A stretch of DNA of 64,000 nucleotides, taken from positions 1,240,001 through 1,304,000 of the forward strand of contig NC_043024.1 in assembly GCF_006345805.1 (NCBI RefSeq), written 5' to 3'. The DNA comes from Octopus sinensis (Eukaryota). A program made the position numbers and the translations under genes. Below the pieces are notes generated by a model. That model searched no databases and was not told the origin of the DNA. It saw only the letters and a list, made by a program, of their open reading frames with translations. This document shows, one piece after another, positions 12,791 through 25,721 of this stretch (its first letter is position 1; each line of letters starts with the position of its first letter).

Positions 12791-13534
12791 TTTCCTTTAA
12801 CTTTTCTTTTGCTCTTTTACTTGTTTCAGTCATTAGACTGTGGCCATTCTGGGGCAATGCCTCGAATTTTGGTCAGACTTCCTTTTATTTTGAGTCTGCT
12901 TCTTATTCTGTCAGTGTCTTTTTGCCAAACTGCTCAGTTACAGACCCCCATGCTGGAGCACTGCCTTGTAGAATTTTAGTAAAAAAAAAAGCTGACCCAG
13001 GACTTATTTTTTAGCATGGTACTTATTCTATCGGTCTCTTTTGGCAAACTGTTAAGTTACACGGACATAAACAAACCATCACTGGTTGTCAAGCAGTGGT
13101 GAAAGACAGGCCAACTAATGCCTTATGAGTGAATTTGGTTAAAGGAAACTGGATGGAAGCCCATTGTGTGTGTATGTATATATGTTGGCCGTGTATTTTT
13201 GTAATTCCCCCCCACCACCACCACTTTGATTACTAATATAAAACTAACACACCTGTTTGTTGCTCCTACACCTGTCTTTGACTTTTGTTTTTCTATAAAT
13301 CTGAACTATGTATCTCTTTACTCTCTCTTTTACTCTTTTACTTGTTTCAGTCATTTGACTTTGGCCATACTGGAGCACCGCTTTTAATCGAGCAACTCGA
13401 CCCCGGGACTTATTCTTTTGTAAGCCCAGTACTTATTCTATCGGTCACTTTTGCCGAACCGCTAAGTAACGGGGACATAAACACACCAGCATCGGTTGTC
13501 AAGCAATGCTAGGGGGACAAACACAGACACACAA

Positions 13535-13568
<34 letters not shown>

Positions 13569-13781
13569 TATATATACATATATACAACAGGCTTCTTTCA
13601 GTTTCCATCTACCAAATCCACTCACAAGGCTCTGGTCGGCCCGAGGCTATAGTAGAAGACACTTGCCCAAGGTGCCACGCAGTGGGACTGATCCCAGAAC
13701 CGTGTGGTTGGTAAACAAGATACTTACCACGCAGCCACTCCTGTATATATATGGTGTGTGTGTGTGTATATATATATATAT

Positions 13782-13817
<36 letters not shown>

Positions 13818-15024
13818 ACTAATGTATAAAATACAAGACGTAAAGATATGTAAATAATAGAATATATATTTCCAACCAATGTATAGAATACAGGATGTAT
13901 AGATATTTAAAACACAATATATATATATATCCATTTAGTGTAAAAAATAATACAGGATGTATAAATATGTGAAATACAGAATATATATATTTCCAACCAA
14001 TGGACAAACACAGAAAATCCTCATTGTCATATTATGTCTGTTTTCCATGCTGGCATGGGTTGGACAGTTTGAGAAGAGCTGGTGAGGCAGAACTCTGTGC
14101 CAAAGTCCCCTTGTCTGCTTTGGAATGGTTTCTATTTCCGAATTCCCTTTGTAATGCCAACCACTTTTACAGAGTGTACTGGGTGCTTTTTTATTTTATT
14201 TTTTTTATTTATTTATTTATTTTGAGGGCACCAACACTAGTGGGGTCACCACGTAACTTGCATGACAAACTCCTCCAAAATATATAGATACATAGACATA
14301 TGAATATATAAAATACGGAAACTAAGTATCCAACAAGTGTACAAAATACAGGACATACAAATATACCAAATACAGGAAATTTATAGCCTCCTGATGCATA
14401 ACAATGAAAGAATACCATCGGATTAATTGAAGCAGATTTTATTCCATAGAAAATACCAAATGACCATCACCATCCTCCTCATCATTGTCATCATTGTCGT
14501 AATCAGAAAGGCATTTTCTGTCAGTTATATTCCATGTTGGTATGGATTGGACTAAATCTCTCGCAGCTGTATTCTGTGGCTGGATGCCCTTCCTGATGCC
14601 AACCCTTGCTCGGTTTTCAACTAAGGGCTGCTTGACCCTGCGTCCTTTACTTGCTGAATAACTGTCAGATGTTTTGTTTATCAGAAACATAAACAATGTC
14701 ATCATTGAGGCTATATCAGCTGAAAACTCACACACACTCACACACATGCACGCTGTCCAAGAATTTGGACCTGGAGATCTCCATTTCCAGCGACTTCGAG
14801 GGCCACTTCGCAGTGGTGCCGGGCGTCAACGAAGAGCCCTCCACTACAACAAGATGACCAAGATTTTTTTTTTTCCAAGGTCTGGGGTCTTCCGCCCCTA
14901 AGCCCTAGACCTTCACCTAATCACTCTTACCCGTCTTGTGGCTTAACAACAACAACAACTACACATGCACTGCAGACACACACACACACACACACACACA
15001 CTGTGTTTCTGTACAGCATCCATC

Positions 15025-15275
15025 TAATGCAGAATCCCATGTAAGATTTTGCTGCTAAAATTGATGTGCAATAAACTGGTTACATTTCTGCAACACACAA
15101 AATATTTATTAAACCATTTTTTTTTTTAATATACAATTCCTAGATTTTTAATCCTAAACATACAATGGGAGTTTTTAGACATTGAATGGTTCTGTTCCTC
15201 CCACCCCAAACCCCATCTAAATCAAATAGGGATGAAAGGGGTTCATAGATTTTAAAAAATGGTTCAGAACCACTG
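15025..15275. mobile_element. hAT-type MITE (partial)
   Basis: Ends GGTTCAGAACCACTG, the reverse complement of a CAGTGGTTCT.AACC TIR. Related pieces lie at 4455-4510, 32638, 45320-45360 and 55402-55480. Confidence 0.55.
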
Positions 15276-15471
15276 CTTTAACAAGCTCACTTACAAGGCA
15301 TTGGTCAGTACAAAGCTCAACAAGATAAACATTGGCCCAAGGCAGCTTGCTGTGGATTGAACCCAAAACTGCATGGCTGGAAGCAAGCTTCTTAACTACT
15401 TGGCCATGTCAAACCATCCAACCCATACCATCTTGGAAAATGGACATTAAATTATTATTATTATTATTATT

Positions 15472-16020
15472 GAGTGAGAGAGCAGTGCATGCCATCAAAG
15501 TGACACTGGGGTACAAATATACGAAGCCCAGTATACCCATCATGACTACCTGTCTGATAAGGGTACACCAGGCACAGGCACATGCATCACAACCCTATGT
15601 GTGCGATATGGTGATCTCATATCAAGTTTAACAGCGCATGACCTTGCAGGTGGGGCCCAGTTAGAATTTTCTTCTGGTCGAGTAACCCATCCTGCTCAAA
15701 AGGTCCCTGAATAAGGGTTGTTTAAGGATGTTGAATAAACCACCATGTTTCCAAAGGTGAATTATCCAAACCTCTAAGAATTCCTCTCAACACGTGGCTA
15801 TGATGCTCCCCCACTACTTCTGCTCGTGATCAGAGATGCACATATTGTCAGCCACTAAGGGACATGGTCAACTGTTTAAGGTCAAACAACTGACAAGCAA
15901 ATCTGTGGTATTGAGCAGAATATTTGCTGTAAGTTCATCTGTTATACCAACACAAAACAATGTAGATGATAACACTTCCAATCAGTTAAGATCAGAAGCC
16001 ATGAGAGCCACTGCCTGGTA
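15472..16020 (-). mobile_element. ~550-bp non-autonomous element embedded between two (ATT)n tracts
   Basis: High-complexity, ORF-poor block bounded by (TTA)n at 15447-15471 and 16020-16054. This is consistent with an (AAT)n-tailed or microsatellite-targeted retroelement. It is single-copy in the window, so the repeat status is inferred. Confidence 0.45.
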
Positions 16021-16024
16021 CTAC

Positions 16025-16055
<31 letters not shown>

Positions 16056-18515
16056 GTGGTGGTGCCATGGAAACCAGATAACCATTCCTGTGGGTTCTAG
16101 AACGTGAAGTAAGTGTTGTTGGTGGTGGCCATGGAGGGGGAGGAGAAACAATAACTGGCTACATTGCTGAAGTGAAGGATGACGATGATGAAAGTCTTGT
16201 GATCGGAGTTTACTTTTTGTTATGAATAATTAAATAATTCTTCCCTTTGTATTGCAATCAATATCACGTTTTCACTCACAAACAATAACCAACTCCTCAG
16301 TACATTAGTTCTGATCAAGGACTCTAAAAAATCATTTTGCTGGTTAACGAACTAATCAACTAGCTTGAGTGATCGTTTGCTTATTCTTTAGTCAGTCAGT
16401 TTGCGTCCCTTGTTTGTGTTAAACCCATTCTGTCCTGACCCCTTAGCATTCAGACCACTCTGTCAAATGTGACGCTTACTCGCATTATTTTGAATTAATC
16501 ATGCATTTTCTCCAAGCTTTGAGATGTCGATGATTATAATTGCTTATTTCTAGAATGTCATTGTAGGCTTGGTACAAGAGGCCAGATCCGGCCAGCTTGT
16601 GAAATGCAAAGCTTATTTATTGACTTCATTTTGAATTAATCATGCATTATCAATGATCAACATCATCATCATCATCGTTTAACGTCCGTTTTCTGTGCTA
16701 GTCTGATCTGGTAAGGTTTCTACAGCTGGATGCCCTTCCTAACGCCAACCACTCCAAGAGTGCAGTGAGTGCTTTTTACATGCCACTGGCACAGAGGCCA
16801 ATCAAGCGGAACTGGCATCAACCATGCTCAAATGGTGCTTTTTACATGCTAACAGCACAGGAGCCAGTCATGCTCGAATGGTGCCTTTTATGTGCCACAC
16901 ACGCACACAGAAAATTAATATAATTGTCACGAAACATGACTCGGGTGTTAGAAACACCTACATTGCTAGAAATAAGAGCTAAAGTGCTCTGATGCTGTAG
17001 TCAAAGCACATAATTGTATACATATGTATAGTTATCTGCGAAACACTTGGCCCTTGAGTCAATCTGTGACATGGTTCTGGGTTCAGTCCCACTGCATGGC
17101 ACCTTGGGCAAGTATCTTCTACTATAGCCTCGGACCGACCAAAGCCTTGCGAGTGGATTTGGTAGACGGAAACTGAAAGAAGCCTGTCGTATATGTGTGT
17201 GTGTATATATATATGTTTGTGTGTGTGTGGTCTGTTTGTCCCCCAACATCGCCTGACAACCGATGCTGGTGTGTTTGCGTCCTCGTAACTTAGCAGTTCG
17301 GCAAAAGAGACCGATAGACTAAGTACTAGGCTTACAAAGAATAAGTCCTGGGGTCGATTTGCTCGACTAAAGGTGGTACTCTAGCATGGCCACAGTCAAA
17401 TGACTGAAACAAAAGAGTAGAGAGTAATATATATACATGCATGCCTATATCTCTCTATCTATCTATCTGCCTGTCTATGTATGTATATACATACATATAT
17501 ATATATATTATATATATATATATATATAATATATATATATATTATATATATATTATATACAAAATGAGAAAATGGAGAAACATACCTAAATCAATCATCA
17601 ACCATCAGATAATACCCAATCAATACTTTATTAAACCATTACACAACAGCAATGATATTATAGATATATGTATACAAAATTTAGAGGACTAACCACTAAA
17701 AAAAATGGACAGCATATATGCTAGATATAGACGTCAAAATCGCCATTTTCCACAAATGTATATATATATACATATATATGTATGTATGTATGTATATATG
17801 TATGTATGTATATATGAAAGGGAAAGTGAGAGAGAGAGACTGATAAGATAGCATGGTGGTTGAACTTCGATGAAACGAGGAACAATATATGTATTTTTTA
17901 ATAATAGGAAATCACCAGAGAGGGATAGAAAGAGAGAGAGAGATAGTGGTGTGTGTTCGTTATGTCTTTGTTAGTATTATTAGTGTCGTAAGCATGTACC
18001 AACATGAACCATGATTGAATTCAGGAGAACTGCCACCCAGCGAGCCGAGGCAAGTACAGCTGATCTCTTATGGTTAAAGGGTGGTCTACCCGGGGCTTTT
18101 TAGTCACACTCACTCACTGTGTTACGGTTCTGTCTGTTTGTTCTACTTTTCAACTGCTATGTCTGTCTATGCCCAAGTAGCCGGCTTCTCTCTCCTTCAC
18201 ACACACATGCGTATGTACATACATACATGTAATGCAGTGTTTCTTTCTCCTACATGATGTACAGAAATGTCTCACTTTCAACCTCCTTCCACTTTAAACA
18301 GCCATTCACAACTATTTTTCATTCACAACTCGGCAGAACAAACTCTGTGTGTGTGTGTGTGTGTGTGTGCATATAGAAACGAATTGTTGGCTAAGTGTAA
18401 CGTGCAGATACGCAGAAGTTATAATAACAATATTACAGATTTATTATTAAACCTGTTGTACATTAGCGTTTTGTGTGGGGTGTGTACATTCGCTTAGTTT
18501 TTGTGTATAGTTATA

Positions 18516-18557
<42 letters not shown>

Positions 18558-18844
18558 CTATATATATATAATGTTAAAAGCAGTCCAACTTTAATTGAAG
18601 AAAAAAGTCAATGCATTTATGGAGAGTATCACAATTATTTTAGTGTGGAAAAGGTTGACAGTGACCGAGAAGTTTTGGCCTCAGTTTCTCTTCAGACTGT
18701 CTGAGAAAGTAAACTAAAACTTCAAAGACTCTGGACGCTTTCTTCTAAAATAATATATACATACACACATACATACATACATATGTGTGTTATATATATA
18801 ATATTAATATATATATATATATATTATATAAGATATATATATAT

Positions 18845-18882
<38 letters not shown>

Positions 18883-19581
18883 GTGTGTGTATATATATAT
18901 ATCTCTTATATCTTATATATATATATAAACAACATACATACATACACACATACATACGTACACACACACATATATGCACATGCGATAATGATGATGAAGA
19001 CGTACACCTACACCTCTATGCACAGACAAGGCTGTGTGGTTAAGAAGCTCACTTCGCAACCGCATGATTTCCGGTTCAGTCCCCCTCCGTGGCACCTCAG
19101 CGAAGCGTCTTCTTTAAAACAGCTCAGGTTGAATTGATCAACTTACCCCCTTTCAAAGCAGTGCCCCCAGCCATGCTCACAGCTAATTATTAAAATAATT
19201 AAAGTGGCAAACCCGCAGGATCATTAACATGTTGGACAAATGTTTTGTCTTTCTTCCTTTTGGCGGGGGCGGGTGATAAAATACATTATGTAATAGTCTA
19301 GCACTGGGGTCAGTGTAATCCTTTAATCCCCTAACCATAAAAACATTGCTGGCGTTGTGCCAAAATTTCTTGCATAATTGTTACCCCACTGGACAAAATA
19401 CTTTGTGACACTTCATCTGGTTCTTTACATTCTGAGTTCAAATACTGCCGAGGTGGACTTTGCCTTTTATCCTTTCGGGGTCAGTAAAATAAATATCAGT
19501 TGAGGACTGGGGTCGATTTAGTAACCAGCCCCCCCTCTCCACATATTTCAGACCCTGTGTCTATTTTTGAAAGAGTTATTA

Positions 19582-19615
<34 letters not shown>

Positions 19616-20541
19616 TTTTATCTTTCATTGGTTTCAGTCATTAGACTGTGGCCATGCTGGAGCACCATCTTGAAGGATTTTAATCAAATGAATTTACCCT
19701 TAATTTTTTTTAAAGCCGGATACTTAGTCTATCAGTCACTTTTTGTCACGCCTCAAAGTTATGGGGACATAAACACACCAACACTGGTTATCAAGTGAGG
19801 GTAGGTCACAAACACAGGGACGGACGGACACACACACACATACAACAGGCTTCGTTCAGCTTCCATCTACCAGATCCACTCACAAGGCTTTGGTCGGTCC
19901 GAGACTATAGTAGAAGGTGCTATGCAATGGGACTGAACCTGGAACCACGCGGTTGGGAAGCAAGCTTCTTACCACACAGCCATGCCTATGTATATTAAAG
20001 AATAACATGTGTGTGGTGGGGGGGGGGCCTTTGCATACACAAGGGTTATACAGAAAGGCTTTTGTATCGGTGTGTGTTAGATATTGGTCTGTTGCTATTC
20101 TCTTGGGAGGAACTTTTCTTTAGAAGCCATTTCTTGTTGAGCCTTAATTGAATGGGCCTTATGAAAGAAGACATTCCACTGGTGACCATCCCATCTAATA
20201 TTCATTCAACAGTAGTAATTCTGACTTTGTTATACAATGTTTCCTTTTTTTTCAAAGAAATTAGGATGGGATTTGAAGGAAATTTTGGTTGGAACTCATA
20301 CAAGCTCCCTAGTAGAATTTCATCGTCTGTCTTTCCCATCGACCCCATTTTACCAAACTGGTTGCTTCTTCTTCTTCTTCTTATTTTCCATTCTTTTTTT
20401 CTTTTTTTATTTATTCCCTCCTACATTTCGCTTCTCATATCTTGCATGCGTGCATGTATCTCTCCACATGTATGTATATGTGCATGTAATAATGTATGTG
20501 TGTGTGTGCATGCTCATGTGTGTATTTGTATACAGACACAT

Positions 20542-20927
20542 ACTCTTTTACTTGTTTCAGTCATTTGACTGCGGCCATGCTGGAGCACCGCCTTTAATCG
20601 AGCAACTCGACCCCGGGACTTATTCTTTTGTAAGCCCAGTACTTATTCTATCGGTCTCTTTTGCTGAACCGCTAAGTAACGGGGACATAAACACACCAGC
20701 ATCGGTTGTCAAGCAATGCTAGGGGGGACAAACACAGACACACAAACACACACACACATATATATATACGACAGGCTTCTTTCAGTTTCCGTCTACCAAA
20801 TCCACTCACAAGGCTTTGGTCGGCCCGGGGCTATAGCAGAAGACACTTGATCAAGGTGCTATGCAGTGGGACTGAACCCGGAACCATGTGGTTGGTTAGC
20901 AAGCTACTTACCACACAGCCACTCCTG
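20542..20927 (-). mobile_element. Family A SINE flanked by a ~95-bp direct repeat
   Basis: Intact antisense copy. Flanks 20447-20541 and 20926-21016 are near-identical. Confidence 0.9.
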
Positions 20928-21826
20928 CGTGCATGTATCTCTCCACATGTATGTATATGTGCATGTAATAATGCATGTGTGTGCGTGCTCATGTGTGTAT
21001 TTGTATACAGACACATGTTCATCATCATCGTTTAACATCCGCTTTCTATGCAGGCATGGGTTGGACGGTTTGATAGGAGCCGACCAGGTAGACTGCTGAC
21101 CCTCTGCAAGGCCCAATGAGGCCCTCAATGAAGCATTGCAATCACATTCAGGAAAGGACTGCTTGTATGCATGTCAGCATCTTTTCAATTACCATTACTA
21201 ACAGACACCCTCCAGCCCCTGGCCCACAAGCATATTGTCCCCGGTCTCTGAGTGGGGGCACGTGGCTTAGTGGTTAAGGTGTTGGACTCAAGATCATAAG
21301 ATTGTGGTTTCAATTCCTGGACTGGGTGATGCATTGTGTTCTTGAGCAAAACACTTCATTTCACATTGCTCCTGTCCACTTAAGCTGGCAAAAATGGGTC
21401 ACTTCTAGGAGGGAATATATATGCCAGAGAAACTGGGAAGCTGGCCCTGTGAGTTTATATGACACAGGAAGGAGCTTTTTTTCAATCCCTCTCTCTTTTA
21501 TATTGCTACTATAATGGCCCCTGCTCCTCAGAGCTATCAGGTCATGTACTTCCTTCCATCTCTCAGCAACCTGGGGTGCATCCAACCACCCTTCCCTTTC
21601 ATTAATTACTATGCCCAGTCTTTCGTCCCCAGAAGTTCAGTTGTCTGGAATCTCCTTTTTGCTCTGATGTCTTTCTTTTAGGCACCAATCTTGGTAGTCT
21701 GAGGGGGCCTGCGAGGGTCATGAGCACTGTCCCTTCTTTCAGACTCAACAAGCAAGAAGAAAATAATGTGTGTGTGTTTGTGTTTATGCGGGCATATGTG
21801 TTTGTATATATATATATATATATATA

Positions 21827-21868
<42 letters not shown>

Positions 21869-21869
<1 letters not shown>

Positions 21870-22049
21870 TTTATTTAAAGCAGCAGAAAGTTCAACAAAA
21901 CCTGTTACTCTGAGATGAACGGCAACGGGAAACTCAGAGTAACAGGTTTTGTTGAATTTTCTGCTGCTTTAAATAAAGCATATTACTCTACCCCTGGTAT
22001 TTGAGTACTCTTTTTTCCACCTTGTTTCACATTTATGTGTTTACTCCGG
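21869..22049 (+). mobile_element. Penelope-like pseudo-LTR fragment with a 5' inversion (46-bp hairpin) inside (TA)n
   Basis: Arms 21869-21914 and 21933-21978 have one G-U mismatch, and the loop retains a partial hammerhead core (GATGA-ACGGCAACGG-GAAAC-TCAGAG-TA). Homologous to 40616-40845 and 41553-41707. Confidence 0.7.
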
Positions 22050-22572
22050 TATATATATATATATATATCATCATCATCATTATCATCATCAACGTTTAAC
22101 GTCCGCTTTCCATGCTAGCATGGGTTGGACGGTTCAAACTGGGGGTCTGGGAAGCCAGAAGACTGCACCAGGCCGTGTGTGTGTGTGTGTTTGTATATAT
22201 ATATATATATATATATATACATACATACATAGCTATCTGCATACACACACACACACACATTAATACATATGGCCTCATTTTATTTCTGTTGGTGTGAGAT
22301 TGTTTATCTCTTGTGTGTGTGGTTTTACACTGGCAGTCTTTTGGCATTTCTTGCTAGTCTCTGTGTGATTTATGTGTGTGTGTGTGTGACTGAGTACATG
22401 TGTATCCGTGCGCATGTGCGTGCCAATGCTACCATTTGTGTGTGTCTGTGCACCCTTCGGAGGCCTCCTTCCCTTCCCACATCTCCTCCGCCCACCACCA
22501 CCACCACCCGTTTTTTTTTTTCTTAACGTTTTGATCTGTGTCAGCTATCTTAGCAGCTGTTAGCAGAAACAG

Positions 22573-22624
<52 letters not shown>

Positions 22625-22850
22625 ATGTGTGCACTTCTGCAGTCACCACCTCCTTCTGGCGACTCTGTTCCATTTTCCCCCTCGTCTCTCTCTCTCTCTC
22701 TCTCTCTCCCTCTCCCTCGTCTTCTTCTTCTTTCCCCTTATCCACCTTCAGTATTCTTGATGTGACTGACCCCACCCAGTTGCTAAATGTTACCAAAAAT
22801 AATTCTTCAGTGAGTCACAGCAATACATATCCAGTTATTATTATTATTAT

Positions 22851-22887
<37 letters not shown>

Positions 22888-22892
22888 GTGGT

Positions 22893-23340
22893 GAGCTGGC
22901 AGAGTCGTTAGCACACAGGGGAAAATGCTTAGCAGCATTTGGTCTGTCCTCACGTTCTGAGTTCTAATTCTGCCGAGGTCGACTTTCCCTTTCATCTTTT
23001 TTCCGGGTTAATGAAATAAGTACCAGTCATGCACTGGGGTCGATGTAATCAACTAATCCAACCCCCCAAATTTCAGGCCTTGTGTCTATAGTAGAAAGAA
23101 CCATCATCATCATCATTATTATTATTATTGAAGGTGGTGAGCTGGCAGGATTGTTAGCAAAATGTTTTAACGGCATTTCAGCTGTCTTTATGTTCTGGTT
23201 CTGGGTTCAAATTCTGCTGTGGTCAACTTTGCCTTTCATCCTTTCAGGGAAGTACCAGTTATACACTGAGGTCAATGTAATTGACTATCCCCCCCAAAAA
23301 AAAAATTTCAGGCCTTGTGCCTTTAATAGAAAGGATTATT
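22893..23340 (+). mobile_element. Two family B tRNA-derived SINEs in tandem, separated by (ATC/ATT)n
   Basis: Head GAGCTGGCAGA.TCGTTAGCA, B-box GAGTTCAAATTC and central GCCTTTCATCCTTTCGGGGTCGATAAA.AAGTACCAG. Other copies lie at 19200-19560, 30912-31145 (-), 34797-35005, 37757-37975, 47690-47910, 50160-50360 (-) and 59650-59845 (-). Confidence 0.85.
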
Positions 23341-23364
23341 AGTATTATTATTATTATTATTTGA

Positions 23365-23540
23365 CTTAATTCAGGTTTGGTCTTATTCCTGGTAGAATCT
23401 GTGTGGGTGGTAGTTGTAGGTTACTCCCTGTAACCCAAGATAGCCATAAGCTTTCAATTATCTTCCAAGTGCTCTGATAATCTTTCCTGTTCCTAAGAAA
23501 TAAACTTTCTGTGGAAGCTCTCCACTACATTCCATTCCAA
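23365..23540 (-). mobile_element. 3' fragment of a restriction-like-endonuclease LINE (R4/Dong-like) next to (ATT)n
   Basis: The minus strand reads GELPQKVYFLGTGKIIRALGR*, resembling the RLE-LINE C-terminal ELLQK..LLGT..ILR.VL. Dong elements are known to target TAA repeats. A related piece lies at about 535-660. Confidence 0.5.
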
Positions 23541-25721
23541 TCCCCTTCAACTCCCTAATGCACCAGTCATTATTACAAGCACAACCTTCACAGTTTTCCA
23601 TATTCTAAGCCCTCACAATTTCAAATGTTGAGGAATTCTCTCTCTTTTACTCTTTTACTTGTTTCAGTCATTTGACTGCGGCCATGCTGGGGCATCGCCT
23701 TTAATCGAGCAACTCGACCCCGGGACTTATTCTTTTGTAAGACCAGTACTTATTCTATCGGTCTCTTTTGCCGAACCGCTAAGTGACAGGGACATAAACA
23801 CACCAGCATCGGTTGTCAAGCAATGCTAGGGGGACAAACAGACACACACAAACACACATACACACACACATATATATATATACATATATACGACGGGCTT
23901 CTTTCAGTTTCCGTCTACCAAATCCACTCACGAGGCTTTGGTCGGCCCAAGGCTAGAGTAGAAGACACTTGCCCAAGGTGCCACGCAGTGGGACTGAACC
24001 TGGAACCATGTGGTGGTTAGCAAGCTACTTACCACACAGCCACTCCTGCGCCTATGTATTTTTTTTTTATCTCTTCTTTCTTCCCAATCCTTCCCAATCA
24101 GACTTGATTGATCAATCAGAAAGCAAATTTGCTTTTCTTTCTCTATTTTTGTTTTATCTGGTTTATTATTTATTGTCTTCTTATCCGTTGAAATTGGAAA
24201 ATACCTTAAAATCTTGCATTTTTCTGACTCAAGCACTCTTTGAACCGGTTCCTCTTCGGTCAAGCTCTCATCAACTTTCTTTCAGTTCCACTCGGAAAGG
24301 AAAGTGAGAGTTGGAGAGGGAAATGCTATCTCCCAGTGAATTTGTGGCAAAATGGTTCGAGTGAACAGCCTTACTCTGAGTATGTATCTGTAGATTGGAA
24401 AGCAAGAGAGAAGGTCTCATACCTTTGGTGGTCAGGGTAATCCTGGCTTTGTGGGGTTCATTGGTGGGCCCTTGTTGGAGTTTCACCTTTATCAGGAGGA
24501 CTGCACCGTTCGTATTATCGTATACTTAGTGTACTACCTTTCATCTTTTTTTTCAGTTATTTGTGACCATGCTGGGGCAGTGCTTCAAAGGGTTTTAGTC
24601 CCAGGACTTTTTTAAAGCCTAGTACTTATTCTATCAGTCTCTTTTGTTGAACTGCTAAATTACAGGGACATAAACATACCAACACCAGTTGGTGGGGGGC
24701 AAAGATACACACACACACATATATATATATGATGGGCTTCTTTTAGTTTCCGTCTACCAAATGCACTCACAAAGCTTTGGTTGGCATGAGGCTATAGTAG
24801 AAGACACTTGCCCAAGGTGCCACATTGTGGGACTGAACTCAGAACCATGTGGTTGGGAAGCAGGCTTCTTAAGCACAGAGCCACACTTTTATTACACTTC
24901 ACTCTTATCCATTTCTTTTCGCACCCGCTTCATGTCTTGTGATGTCCCTACTGTTCTAAGCCCTTGTGACTAATAAAACAAATTATTATTGTTGCTATTG
25001 TTGTCGTTGTTTCTGTGGTGGCCTTGGAGGTCTTTACTATTGTCCCCTTCTTGCTGGAACTGGGACAGGATTTAGCCCATAAAAGTCTATAACTTTTTTT
25101 TTTTTTTACACTTTTTGACAAAACTCCTTATGTTTCCAACAAGTAACATCCCCCCCCCCCACCGTCATCAACCGCCGTCGCCGCCTTCACCACCGGCATT
25201 AACACTGCCGACAACTCTAACAATAACAAGTCTTTGGTTGTAAGTGTAACATCAAATAACAAAAAAAAAAAGAAAGAAAGAAGAAAGAAAACTCAGAAAG
25301 AAAGAAGTTTCGAATACAAAGAATTGGGTCTGTTATATTATTCCAGGGAGTGTGGAAGGATGTAGTTACAAAGAACTGGGTTCCCGGTTGTTGTGGGTGA
25401 TTTTTGTTAATTATTATTAAAAGCAATTGGGGTAATGAATATTGGTGGGAGGAAGGGAGAGAGAGAAAGAAACATGGAGTCTCGGGCTGTATTTTAATCT
25501 ACCTCTTTTATGTTTGTAGATAAAGCTCTGCTGCTTTAACATTCGTCCTTCTAGAGTTGATATAATCAGCTGTCGGTTGTGGTAATGTCACCTATTATAC
25601 ACACGCAGAGAGAGTGGCCCAGTTGCATGAATAGCTTGCCAGAGGGTGTGCGTTGTATGGAGGCCTATGGGCATCACAACTGAAAGAAAAGATCTGCTGC
25701 AGAAGATCCAGTTGGCATTAA

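Noticed and set aside
11858-12857. Long ORFs (188-251 aa) of Y/I/C/V/H/T, and similar ones at 8377-9172, 43657-44383, 48699-49000 and 61921-62328
   Set aside because: They are translations of (TA)n, (CA)n, (TG)n and (ATT)n microsatellites, with no splice or homology support.
14760-14890. GC-richer stretch with T-tract-CCAAG|GTCTGG, a possible second ratchet point or exon
   Set aside because: The regenerated donor is very weak, there is no downstream donor, and no frame resembles a known protein.
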